A DNA stretch of 64,000 nt from Camelus ferus (lineage: Eukaryota): positions 57,910,001 to 57,974,000 of the forward strand of contig NC_045696.1 of the NCBI RefSeq assembly GCF_009834535.1. Direction: 5' to 3'. How positions within the stretch are numbered: the stretch's first letter is position 1; each line of letters starts with the position of its first letter. Positions 52,998-64,000 of this stretch are shown piece after piece. The notes under the pieces were generated by a model that made no database searches, had not been told where the DNA came from, and saw only the letters and a program-made list of their open reading frames with translations. A program made the position numbers and the translations under genes.

Positions 52998-54029
52998 TGT
53001 CCCTGGTCCTTGCCCATAGCTCTCTACATCTCAGAACAAGAATGAGGCATCAAATAAAACTTCTCATGCTGCCATCTCTTGTGATTAGATTGGGCACACC
53101 TGGATAATCCTGGCTAATCTTCCCATCTGAGGGGTAACTTCAATCACATCGGCAAAATATCTTTTGACATGCAAGGTAATACATTCACAGATTCAGGAGG
53201 TTAAGATGTGGACATCTTTGCAATGTGCAGGGGGAGGACATTATTCTGCTTACAGTAAGAAGTATGTTGTCAGTCTAATTGTTATTCCTTTGTAAATGAC
53301 TTGACTGTTCCTTATGGCTGTTTTTAAAATCACCTCTTTGGTGGCCTACAGTTTCACTATGTTTCATGATACGGATTTTTTTTTTCTTATCCTTGTAAAC
53401 TTAGCTTTTCCTTCATTATCTTTTGAAATCCTTTTACATCTGTCCTTTCACCCTCAGCTCTGTACCACAGTCTCATGCACAGATGTGTGAACACCTCAGC
53501 CCTCATGTCCAAACTACATCCCTGAAAACAGTCACCCCATGGCCACTCCTGATGCAGGACTGTGACACAGTCCACCCTTGGTAGAAGAGGCCCAATCAGG
53601 CCCTGGAAGTAGACCTGGAGCTGCTTAGGCAGGAAGTTGGGGGTTTCTAGGTACCTAGTGGGTGGTTTAGAGTGAGATGTGCAGGTTTATTCCTCTCCTC
53701 CTTAAATTTTTCCAAAGACTCTGTAATTCCTCTTTTGTTATATACAATCGAAGGTTAGATTGTTAATTTGTCCATAGCTGCCTTTCTGATTATTCAGGCT
53801 GAAAGCCTTATGAAGACATTTTTCTCATCCAGCATCATATCCTCAGCACCCAGGAAGTGACTGAAACACATACAGTGATCAAGGCATATTTGGTGAATTA
53901 ACAATTTGATGTCATGGTGTTTCAAATTCAAACAGGCTATTAGTAGATTATCAGCCTTCTGATGTTCTTCCACTTCAAATAATTTCATTTTACACAATTT
54001 TTCAGAGCCACTTACATAGATAAAGGTGA

Positions 54030-54035
54030 TTTATT
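54030..54035 (-). terminator. Probable PARP9 polyadenylation signal AATAAA
   Basis: AATAAA on the minus strand about 460 nt downstream of the stop. Assignment is inference. Confidence 0.5.
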
Positions 54036-54491
54036 TTGATATCTAAAGCGCTTTGTAAGATTTACTGGAAAATCTAAAATCATCCTGCTGTCCTGATATG
54101 TTACACAATTACCAGTTTACAAAATAAAAGGCTTGGATTATATACTGGAAAAATCTCTTCATTACAGGTAAAACATTTTTGTTGTTACCTGTGGTAAAGA
54201 AGATGAAAGGACAACTTGAAGGAGAGGGAATGGTCCTGAGAGTGTTTTAGTTGTCATCGATCCACTCCCACCCCAAGAGAGGAAGGTAAAGATGAAGGCA
54301 CTAAGATGCTAGTTTGTGGCTGATCTCTGCAATCACTCAGTCAGTCCACAGAGACAACCCATGTGACATATTCAAACAACTCTTTGAATCATTTATGGTC
54401 ATTCTTTGGTTAGTTCCTCCAAAGCAAGGTCATGCCTGTTGTTAAAATGATATGGATCTTAATCAACAGGGCTGCCACTTCAGAACTGCTT

Positions 54492-54832
54492 TCAGGGCTG
54501 TTGCTTGCTCATTTGTCCTGATGAGTAATCATGTGACTGTACATGATCCTGCGTGCAAGTCCACAAATATTGGGGCACAGCCTGCGTGTCACTAAAAATG
54601 ACAAAGATTTCAGGGCTGGAAACATTGTCAACCACACTGTCATGGCTATCTATGGCTCCAGGAAGCAACGGCGGAGGAACAATATTTAACTGTTGACCCT
54701 GGCAGAAGGAGCCTGTGAGTACTTCAGCCTCAAACACATAGATAAGCTTATCTGTGGCAGGTGTTTTCTTGACGTGGTATGCTATGTTTTTGAGGTTCTT
54801 GGTGAAATATATTCCAGCTCCATATTTTGGAT
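54492..54832 (-). CDS. PARP9: PARP9 last coding exon (PKYGAGIYFTKNLKN...VVDNVSSPEIFVIFS...SKQQP*)
   Basis: cag|AT CCA AAA TAT GGA GCT GGA ATA TAT TTC. YGAGIYF and DSVVDN PARP motifs. TGA at 54494-54492. Confidence 0.95.
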
Positions 54833-55927
54833 CTGATAAGAGAAAAAAAATTTAAGGATTATTATGATCTGGCAAATCATATTGCCTATTTCAGTACTCG
54901 TATGTATTTTCTCTCTAGTCCTCCAAATAATCACCATCTCCTAGTCCCAAGTCTCTGTATCTGTAGCAAAGACAGCCAAAGCTGTTCACTTGTGGCAAAT
55001 TATCACTAATATCATGAACATAATACCTTACATCTTAATATATCATGGGAGTTTACAGAGGAGTCTATGATTTACAAAGCGTTTTTACATTGATTATCTT
55101 CAATTAATCTGTGACTTGGGTAGTATCTCCATATAACAGATGAAAAATCTGAGGTTCAGAGACAGCATGACTTAAGTCAACATTACAAACTAAGCAGCTA
55201 AGAAAGAGCATAATGGAGGGAAGGTTCTATTTCTTCTTAGAACATGGCCTGACTTCTACAAGCTACAAATAAGGATATCTCTAGAACTCTTGAGAATATA
55301 GCTAGTAAAAAAAAAAGCATCTAAGAAGGCAAAATGTCTCCCAAATTTGTGGACAGCATTACAAGAAAAATATGACAAAATAAGGGGAATGCTGAGCATA
55401 TGAAGTAATGTTAGTGTATATGCTGCATTGTTTAGGAAAAGACACTCAGGATTTAGGGGCCATAAACATTCTGGTTCCTAGAAGGAGTATTCTCTACTGC
55501 GGGGCAGGGGTAGGTCACCAGTTCTCACCATAGCCTGGCAAAATACCCCACAGAGAATTTCCACATGTTTTTGATCTAGGTGTGTCCTCACCAGGCAGTT
55601 TTCCAACCATCAGGCATCCTTAATACTACGATACCAAGGAGAATGTGCTCTATTCCAACCACCGGAAATGAATATTCTCCACTATGATATAAATGCTTGT
55701 GATCTATTTTATCTTCTCTGTAATAGTAAGAACACTCAGAAGGCAGAGAGCCAAACTCTGTACCTCAAGGTAATCCCTGCTTAATGCCTTTTCTACCCCT
55801 ACTTAGCAGGAAAAAAAATAGAAAATTCCTTTAAAGCCATATTCTCTCCCCCTCCTTCCCTTCCATTTTTCCCTCCCTCATTCTTTACATTTACTTGGGA
55901 CTTAACCAAACACTTTCATATTCTAGA

Positions 55928-56205
55928 GCAGCACTGAACAACAGAAATGCAATGGGGCCACATATGTAATTTAAAATTTTCTAGTAGCCGCATTAAAAAA
56001 GGTAAAAAGAAACAAGTAAAATTAATATTTTTATTTAACCTATTATCCAAAATGTTATCATTTCAACATGTAATCAATATAAAAATTATTAAGGAGATAT
56101 TTTACATTTTCTTCTTTGGTAGTGGTCTTTAAAATCCAATGTGCATTTGATACTTAACTGCACATCTCAATTTAGATTAACCACATTTTAAGTGCTAAAT
56201 AGACA
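55928..56205. mobile_element. MER33-like hAT-Charlie DNA transposon
   Basis: gccacatatgtaatttaaaattttctagtagccgcattaaaaaa...gcacatctcaatttagattaaccacattttaagtgct. Confidence 0.7.
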
Positions 56206-59114
56206 CAGCTATGATGAACTTGAGCTTCAAAAGTGACTAAGAAATGATCTTTATTCTCAAAAGTTCACAAAGAGAACTCCCACACTTAAACAGATAAAAT
56301 ATAGTACAATTTTATGTGGTGAGGTAATATTTTGAGATAAAAATCAAAGATTTCTTTCCTGGGAGTTTCTTCTTGCTCTTTGTTCTTCCACCCATTAACT
56401 TCCTGCTACTTACTACCTCAGGGGCGAAAAGGATTAAGCTTAGCACAAAGTCAGTAGAATATACATAGAATACACACGACAGGGGTAATTTTGAGGCAAG
56501 GAAAGGGCCAGGTAATTGTCTGGGCCTAGGGGAAGATGAACTAAGGCAGTAGGAACAGAGAGGTAAGGCTAGACTGAGAATTTTACCAGGAGAAAATCAC
56601 TAAGGCTGCGTGAGTGCCTGGATATGAAAGTGAGAGAAAGGAAGGGGCGGAGGCTGGTAAAGTTTCCAGCTTAGAAGACGGGGTAGATAGATGGTGGTGT
56701 TAACCAGGTTAGGGAGTATCGGGGTAGGGGTGGGGATCCTCTTTCTTAAGGAAAAGTATGGCCAAGGAAAGAGTTCAGTTTGAAGTGGCTATGGGACATC
56801 TAGTTAGAGAAGTCCAAAAGACAGCCAGAAATATGGACCTGTGGGTCAGGAGAAAAGCAGGGGATACAAATGCGTAAGTCATCATCACAGAGGTAGGAGC
56901 TGAAGCGATGGGAAAGGTGTAAGCACCCAGGGGGACATTTTAGAAGAAAAAAGAGGCTTCCTTCAGAACTCCAGAAAACACTAACATTTAAAGAATGGAC
57001 AACAGATAGACTCACTAGATTATAAATTATAAGGGCAGAAATTCTATGTATTTTGTTTCATTGCTGTATCCCTCCCACCTAGCACAGGGCCTGACTCTTA
57101 GAATGTTCTCAATAAATACTTCTGGAATGAATGAATGAACCCAATAAAGAAACTGCAACCATGTAGGCTCATTCTTGCAGCATTCAGTGAAATCTTACAA
57201 GTAAGAGATGAATTCTGAATAGAACTAGCTAGAATGCAAGAAAGACAGGAAAAAATAAATAAAGCTTTGTTAATAGAAGCCCCCTCTACAGCACATGCCG
57301 TCTAAACTCACTGACAGTCCCATAATTTGGAACCTTGCAGGGGTGAATAAGCCAAGAACCTTTGTACTCCAACTGAAAATTAGGTTTTAAAAAAAATGAG
57401 TTGCAAACAGCTTCAGTAGTGACAAAACTGATGTCTCCTGGGTTTCTCGGGCATCTTCAGTTAAGCGTTCTCAGCACATTGGCACAAGTCACATCCTAGG
57501 TAATATCTCCTTACTGAGTCTATTGTCTGAATTGCCTCAAGGTAGTGGCTGTTAAGCTAAGGGATAGGGAGATGGGCAGAGCACAGAGCCAGTAGGTAAA
57601 AGACCAGAATCTTGAGGCTTAAAGACTAGATGCAGACAAGCTTCAGGCTGAGTTACAAAGACAAGAACTTGACCAGATGCAAACGGGTCTCTTGCCTGTT
57701 GAGTTCTTAAAGTGACTGTATGGCTGAACAAATTACATGTCTAGCATATGTGACGAGTGGTATAGATCAGTGACGTGTGTCTTTCCTTTTCCCCTTTCGA
57801 AATCGGAGTTTTTATTGTGGTTTTCCTGCTCTACTTACATCGTTATATAATGAGTGTATAAGGGCAATTGCCTTTAAGCTTTACGAGAGGACTGCCTGGA
57901 CTTGAGGCCGATGATGAGACAGGATGAGACTTTGGGACTGTCTCCTTTGGGAGGATGATGTGTGTCTTAGCTGTTTGGGGAGGAAATATGAAAGATGGTA
58001 GGTAGGCAATCAGCAGCATCTGCCACAGGACTGAAAAGAGGGGACTCACTGAGTTTGGAAAATAGGAGGATCATGATGATTTTAGTGAGAGTAGTTTAAG
58101 CAGAAGTAGAAGGGGCGATGGGGGACGGGGTAGTGCAGAGAAGCCAGTTACAATGGGTGTAGGAGCAAATGGAAGTTATGAATTTTTAATACTTTGCCAA
58201 TGAAAGGACCATACGGATCATCACTTTCCTGGTTACACTCAAAGACTACGTGGGGATTCATTTGTCAATTTTTACCTCCAGGTAAAAAAATTGCAAAAAA
58301 TTGTTTATGTTCAATTTTTACCCTAGGTATTGCTTCTGTTCTCTCTGGGCCAAAGAGAAGATGATTTCCAGACCCTTTGTTTTCTAGAAATCAAGACTAG
58401 GAGTAGGAGGCTCCACAGCGAGGATCATGCTACATATTTGGAAAGGTAAAGATCCAGAGCCACATATTTAAAGGACCAGGCAAAATCAAGCTGCTTTGCT
58501 AGGTATCCTCCATGATTAATACTAGACTTCTTAGCCTCTGTTGGAGAGATTTAAAGGGGAAAATATAACAATTGAGTATGCAATATTTTTGTACAACTGA
58601 GAAGACACATGCAAGCTATACACAGAACTCCCATAGTTGAGAAGGATCTGAAAATATTATTCGCTTCACCTGCCAGGTGGTATCTAATTCATTCACTAGC
58701 AGCTACAGGAAATGAAAAGAATGGAAAAGATCAACTTTATTAAATTCAGGAAAATGCCCTTTTAATTAAGGGATGAAGATGGTTTGGTAGTGTTGATAAT
58801 TATTTTGTTGAGATAAGGGGAGTAAAAAAGCTCCAGAGGGCTCTCTGCAGAGAGGACACAAACACAGAAAGAGAAGAACAGGGACCTGGAGCTCTTGCTG
58901 TTAACACTTTCAACAACGTAAAACCCATCAGCAACAAAATATATGAAGAAAAAATTTTAACTATGACCCTTTCCAAATGATTTTACCACTAAATTCCAGA
59001 CATAAATGATCCCCTCACTGAAGCAACAAATGCTATTAATGGTGAATCGTCTGCTGATGTCTGTTCACCAATTCCCACACAGAGTAACCCGATTTATGAG
59101 GGGCTGATACCTAC

Positions 59115-59289
59115 CGCAGGGCACTGAGTACATTCTTTGAAAGCCAACTCTGCATACCATTTTGCAGAACTGGTAGGGGACTTGCTGGAACAACTTGTGG
59201 CTCACAGGGTTCACATGGGTCCTCTCTTCCATCATTTTCTTCCTTCTTTGGAAGGCAGCCATGAGAAGCGCATTGTCTATCTTCTCCAC
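59115..59289 (-). CDS. PARP9: PARP9 exon, ART domain (VEKIDNALLMAAFQRRKKMMEE...LFQQVPYQFCKMVCRVGFQRMYSVPC)
   Basis: ORF 59065..59289. 175 nt, cag|GTG acceptor and G|GTAGGT donor. LFQQ in place of the usual LFHG is diagnostic of PARP9. Confidence 0.95.
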
Positions 59290-59903
59290 CTGTAGCCCAA
59301 AGAAGGGAAAAACTGAAAAAGAGACTGAAGAACTGCTACTTAAATTGCCTGATATTCTGCTTCAAAAATCAAAGCACTTCTGTGCGTATGACTTTGCATG
59401 TAATTTGCTTTTCATATGAAGTTGCCTAAGAGTCTCCCCTGGCCCCAACCCTCTTGTATTTTGACTTTTATCTCTTCAAAATTCCCTGTCCCTTCTTTGA
59501 TAAAAATTCACTGAGCGAACACTATGTGCCAGGCACTGGTGATGAAATGGTCAACAACTGCAGACACAGCCTCTGCCCTCTTAAAGTTCATGGTTTAGTA
59601 AGAGATAAAAATAGGTAAACAATTATGAAACAGTGTGATAAATGGTATTCCATTTCTTTAAGATAGGCAGATAGCTTTCCCTGAGTCTTGATCTATGCTT
59701 CTAAATATCCTGACATCATTTCTACCACCTGATTCCAACTATACTCCTTGTACCTGCCCATCTCTGCCCTCCTTGAAGACTAATTCCTAGGATCCCAGGT
59801 CAGTGAGCAGCTAGCTTAGAGTCATCAGCAGGTAAGTTTTACTTCTGGCTGCAGAACTAAGTGATAGCAAGATGAGTCAAATCCTTCCCTTCATTAAGTA
59901 TAC

Positions 59904-60040
59904 CTTTATAACCTGCAAGCCACAGTCTTCAAACTGTTTCTTCTGATCCTGAATTTCTCGAGTTGAAAGCTTTAAGCATTTCAGAAAAGTATTTTCCTTC
60001 ATTTCATTCTGGTTTTCTGGTTGCTGATCAGTCTGTTGCC
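59904..60040 (-). CDS. PARP9: PARP9 exon (QQTDQQPENQNEMKENTFLKCLKLSTREIQDQKKQFEDCGLQVIK)
   Basis: 137 nt, AG/GT bounded, phase-compatible with both neighbours, DQKKQFE.CGLQV motif. Confidence 0.9.
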
Positions 60041-61904
60041 CTAAAAATGAGTAACATAAAACTATGTCTCAATTCTCTGTGAGAGGGAAAGTTTGTTAAG
60101 AAATTTAATGAAACAGATTACAAAAATTTGGAGGACTAGATTAGCCAATTTAAATTGTATGCCTTATATATTTAAGACATGCAAGGATAGCTATAATACT
60201 CTGAGAAGTCATAGTATAAAACAGAGGATTAATAAATTTGTCCCCATATGGTTTGGATTATGAAGCTGAGGGGATTAAGAGAAAAAAGAGAATTAATACA
60301 TACTCCCCCCACCAATGCTGTAATGATGATATATAACTGTGTTGCTAAAAGGAAATATTTATATTTCTAGACAAGATGCCCACCAACAAAAAGAGACAAC
60401 CATAAGAAAACATTAAGGAATGATGGAAAACAGTACGGCACTTATATAACACTTCAAAGTTTTCAAAACAGTTTCATATCTCTATCTCATTTGAGCATTA
60501 CTATACCACCATCACTGAAATAATTATCACAATTTTACAAATAGGGAAATTGAAATTCAGAGAAGTTAAGTGACTTGCTCAATATCACACAGCTTAAAGT
60601 ATAGATCTAAGATTATAAACCTGGCTTTCACCAGTGCTTTCTGTAAGCGACAAGGCAGAATATTTGGTACACATGTTACTCATATGCGACCCAACTAAGA
60701 AGAGCAAAATTTGGAGATCAAGAGTCTATGGTGTTTTGTCTTTCCTCCTTTCCATTCTTTCCCCTCTTTTTCTTCCTTCTTTATTTCCTTAATGTCTTTC
60801 CTTCTTTCCTATTTTAAATTCAAGGGGAAATCTTTTATTGCCCAAAGGAGCTCCTTATTGGACTAAAAATACAGGTGGACAAATGGAAACCCCTCAAAAG
60901 TCTTCTTTTCTTTCAGTTTACTTTTAGTTTGACTTAAGATCTAGTATACTAAAATGACCTAATCCCCAGCACGTTATCTAATTAAGTGGACTCATTTTGA
61001 CCAAGAAAAGCAGATAATAAATTCAGAGAGACTCTCTAGAGGGTCAAGTTGTAAATCTGGAAAGCACGAGAGCAGGAGGGACATAACTCCATAGCAGAGG
61101 ATCTCCAAAGCCAGGAAATTTCCAAAAATAGAGACTGTAAATTAAATCTAGAGAGCAATAGCTCACATTTATAAAGTATAGTATTAGAGTTCAGTTCCCT
61201 TGAGTTCAGCAAACATTTACTGAATTCCTATTACATGCCAGGCACTGGGCTGGGTACCAGAAACTCAAAGGTCCACAAACTCCTGCTATCAGAAGTACTC
61301 ACCAGGAAGGATTAAAAGAGCACCGTAAAAGAGGAGATGTCTAATTTCTATTATTTAAAACATATTGCTCTGGTGAATGGTCGATGCTCCCTGTAGTAAT
61401 AACTTATTTCAAAATTATTCATTTTGCTAATGAAGATCTTAATCTGACTAAGAGAGGGTACGTCTACATGAACTTCTGAAATGCTGCTGTGGAGTAACAT
61501 GCTTAGTCTTCAACTGCCAAAAATGCTACCTCGCAGCAAAGCAAGGGACTTACATGACTAAACTGCCAATAGCTGGGAGAATGGGCCAACCTTATGAATG
61601 CAGTTAATTTAAAGTAATGCCACAAGCTTTATAGGAGATCAATGTTATTTTGTCTCGTTCTCTTGAGAACTATCAGTGTCAGTTTAAAAGCCCACATTCA
61701 TTACATTTCAAAAGCTAAGCAGCAATCATCATCTTGGGTCTTATTCTTAAGTATTATTTTTGTCCACGTTTTTTGGTGGAATATGGATACGTTTATTGCA
61801 AACTCCCGCTCACTTTGACCATATCTGTCTGAATTATTTTTACAAACACATGGTGAAAATAAGGTGTCCTTTGAAATTTTACAGTTGAATTTTTGTACTA
61901 AATT

Positions 61905-62365
61905 CATTCTCCAAATTATAACCAGTGATCTTTCTAAAATAGAAGTCTGAACTTATCTTTGCTTAAAATCCTTCAAGGCTCCCCATGTGTTTCTAGAAAA
62001 ATTCTGAATACTTACTTTCAGTGATTTATAAAAGTCTTGCATAATCTAGGCCCAGCTACGGTCTGATTTCTTGAAAGTTCCTTTTTTTGCCTTACTAACT
62101 CCTACCTACTCTTCACTTCTCCATTTACGACACCTCCTCTGAGAAGCTTTCCCCTTACCTCCCATGTCTGGGTTAGGTGGCTTTCCTGGTTGCTGCCAGA
62201 GAACTTTCACCTTCCTCTTCCATAACTAACCTGCTTACTTCTCAGTTTCCCCAATTCGATTTTGAGTGGGAACAATGTCCGTCTTATCACTGTATCCCCA
62301 GCAACTAGCACAATGCTTGGCACATATCATGGGTGCAATAAACATTAGCTGAATAAATTAATCAA
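61905..62365 (+). mobile_element. L2 3' region
   Basis: agtgatctttctaaaa...gcttaaaatccttcaaggctcccc...cactgtatccccagcaactagcacaatgcttggcacat...aataaacattagctgaat. Confidence 0.7.
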
Positions 62366-62992
62366 ATAAGCCTCAATCTCCCCAGGCAGTATTTTCAACG
62401 GTATAATTTCCTAGTTAGCTCTAGGGCTAAGTTAAAAGGATCTCTCCAGACCCAAATTCCTAGTCATCCTGATGGATTTTGCCTCACTGATTGATACCTG
62501 AGTGGACCACATGGTACCAGTAAATAATTTACTTTGGTGAGAGGGTTCAAAGTAAGTAACTTTAGAGACCCTAACGCTGCCAGCAATAAATGATCGCAAT
62601 AAAACCCTATTAAAGAAATGAATTAAGTGGGATGTGTCTATATTTAAACGCTTCATCTGCAGAATTAGGGATGGACATTTTTTCCTGAGAGCCTGGGCTT
62701 GGGTTACCCTGAGCTTTCCATGTAATTGCCCCTTAGGCAATCCATGTCATCATCAGCAAAGCCAACTTTGTGTGTATGTGTATGTGAGTGTGTTTTCATT
62801 TACTAGTAACTAATCCTGCTGGTAGAAAGCAAGCCAAAAAATGGCTATAGAAGTTTATGGCCCAACACAGACGGAGCTTGGTTTCCTCGCCTCTTCCATT
62901 CTATCTTATCCACTGACACACATGCGTGTTCACACTGCAAAGAAGGAACAGGTGGGAGAGCCGACTTTCCAACTTAACAAAAAGTTACTCAC

Positions 62993-63364
62993 CTGATAAG
63001 CTCCAAAGGACTCGCTCCTTTTTTCTTACCATTTCCTCTTGAACTTCGCACAGCATATGTTCAATCTTCATAACCGCCTCAATGAGGTCGGCCTGGGCTC
63101 CTTTAATCTCTAACTTTGCCTTTCCTGGACTGATAATCTCTGAGATAGAGACCTGTAACATTTTCTGAAGCTGGGATAAAATGTCATGTTCCTCTTCCCC
63201 AAGGTAGAGGATATGGTTATCCTCAATGATGTGGCAGTCCTGGAGGGTCAGGATCCTCTGGATCCATGCTTGAGCCTCATCTACCTTTTCCTGGTTGGAT
63301 CCCATCAGCTTGATGACAGGACCTTTGAGTCCATTTTCTCTCTTCTCTCTGGTCCCCTGGCAGA
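62993..63364 (-). CDS. PARP9: PARP9 internal exon (CQGTREKRENGLKGPVIKLMG...RKKERVLWSLS)
   Basis: ORF 62985..63389 recognised as PARP9 (EAQAWIQRIL, NHILYLG, LEIKGAQADLIE). tag|TC acceptor, TCAG|GTGAGT donor, 372 nt. Confidence 0.92.
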
Positions 63365-64000
63365 CTAAAAAGACTATCGTAAGTAACAACAGAAGGCAGC
63401 CAGTTTAAAATCAATGCATGAAAAAAACCACCATGGCCAGTGTTGCCCCGAGGATATTGTCACCATCCTCAGCAGTAGCAGCTTCAATTAAGTACCTACA
63501 TCTGAGCACTGAGCACTGTGCTGAGTACAAAGGAAATCTAAATGCATGGTTTATGGCCTTTTGGGGAACACAGGGTTTAGTCTGTAAGGGGGGTGCTTTA
63601 TCATGTCTTGACCCTGCTGTGTTGCATTAGTCAATTCACAGATGAGCTCACCTTGTGATCTCATCCTGGATGTTAACCAACTATCAATTCCTGCTGAATG
63701 GGATTTTTCTTAAAGTCTTGTTACCACTGGGTTTAAAATCAAACATATATGAAAGCCACAGAGCTTAAAGAGCAAAAATTCTTTTTTAAAACAACAACAA
63801 CATGTGTTTCTGATTCTAAAAAATAATACCTGTTTATTATCGAAAAATAGGAAATTATCAAAGTACTACAAAAGGAAGAAATACCCATAATTTCACTATC
63901 TGGGATTCCTTTTTATAACTTATCTGTATATGGCAGGACATTTTGTACCTCCACAACTAGCATTTGGAGCTTAGCAGCTGCTGCTGCTACTGCTGCTGAA

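Noticed and set aside
57700..57990. Possible old ERVL-class LTR fragment in the last PARP9 intron
   Set aside because: Only weak by-eye resemblance; boundaries and family cannot be supported.
1..64000. Prokaryotic-type systems (CRISPR arrays, operons, rRNA)
   Set aside because: The sequence is intron- and repeat-rich mammalian DNA; no regularly spaced repeat array or rRNA-like sequence was seen.

Overview
Mammalian genomic DNA, probably a camelid judging from its tRNA-derived SINEs and L1 3' ends (inference). The minus strand carries the 5' part of KPNA1 (importin alpha-5): CpG-island promoter and non-coding exon 1 near 43.1-43.3 kb, then coding exons 2-10 (aa 1-332) running off the left edge. 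The last four exons of PARP9 lie upstream on the same strand (54.0-63.4 kb). The rest is mostly repeats (L1, L2, CR1/L3, MIR, SINEs, LTRs, MER33). Repeat family names and boundaries were read by eye and are approximate. The most unusual signal is a previously unexplained, diverged inverted repeat of at least 2.5 kb (about 9.6-12.15 kb, centre near 10.9 kb) inside KPNA1 intron 5. Its left arm holds a strong polypyrimidine-CAG|GTGAG site and a candidate 123-nt stop-containing exon, so the pre-mRNA could fold that exon into a long hairpin. Also notable: a PARP9 premature stop with the ancestral C-terminus still readable behind it, and a TSD-flanked, mRNA-3'UTR-like retro-insert in KPNA1 intron 1.
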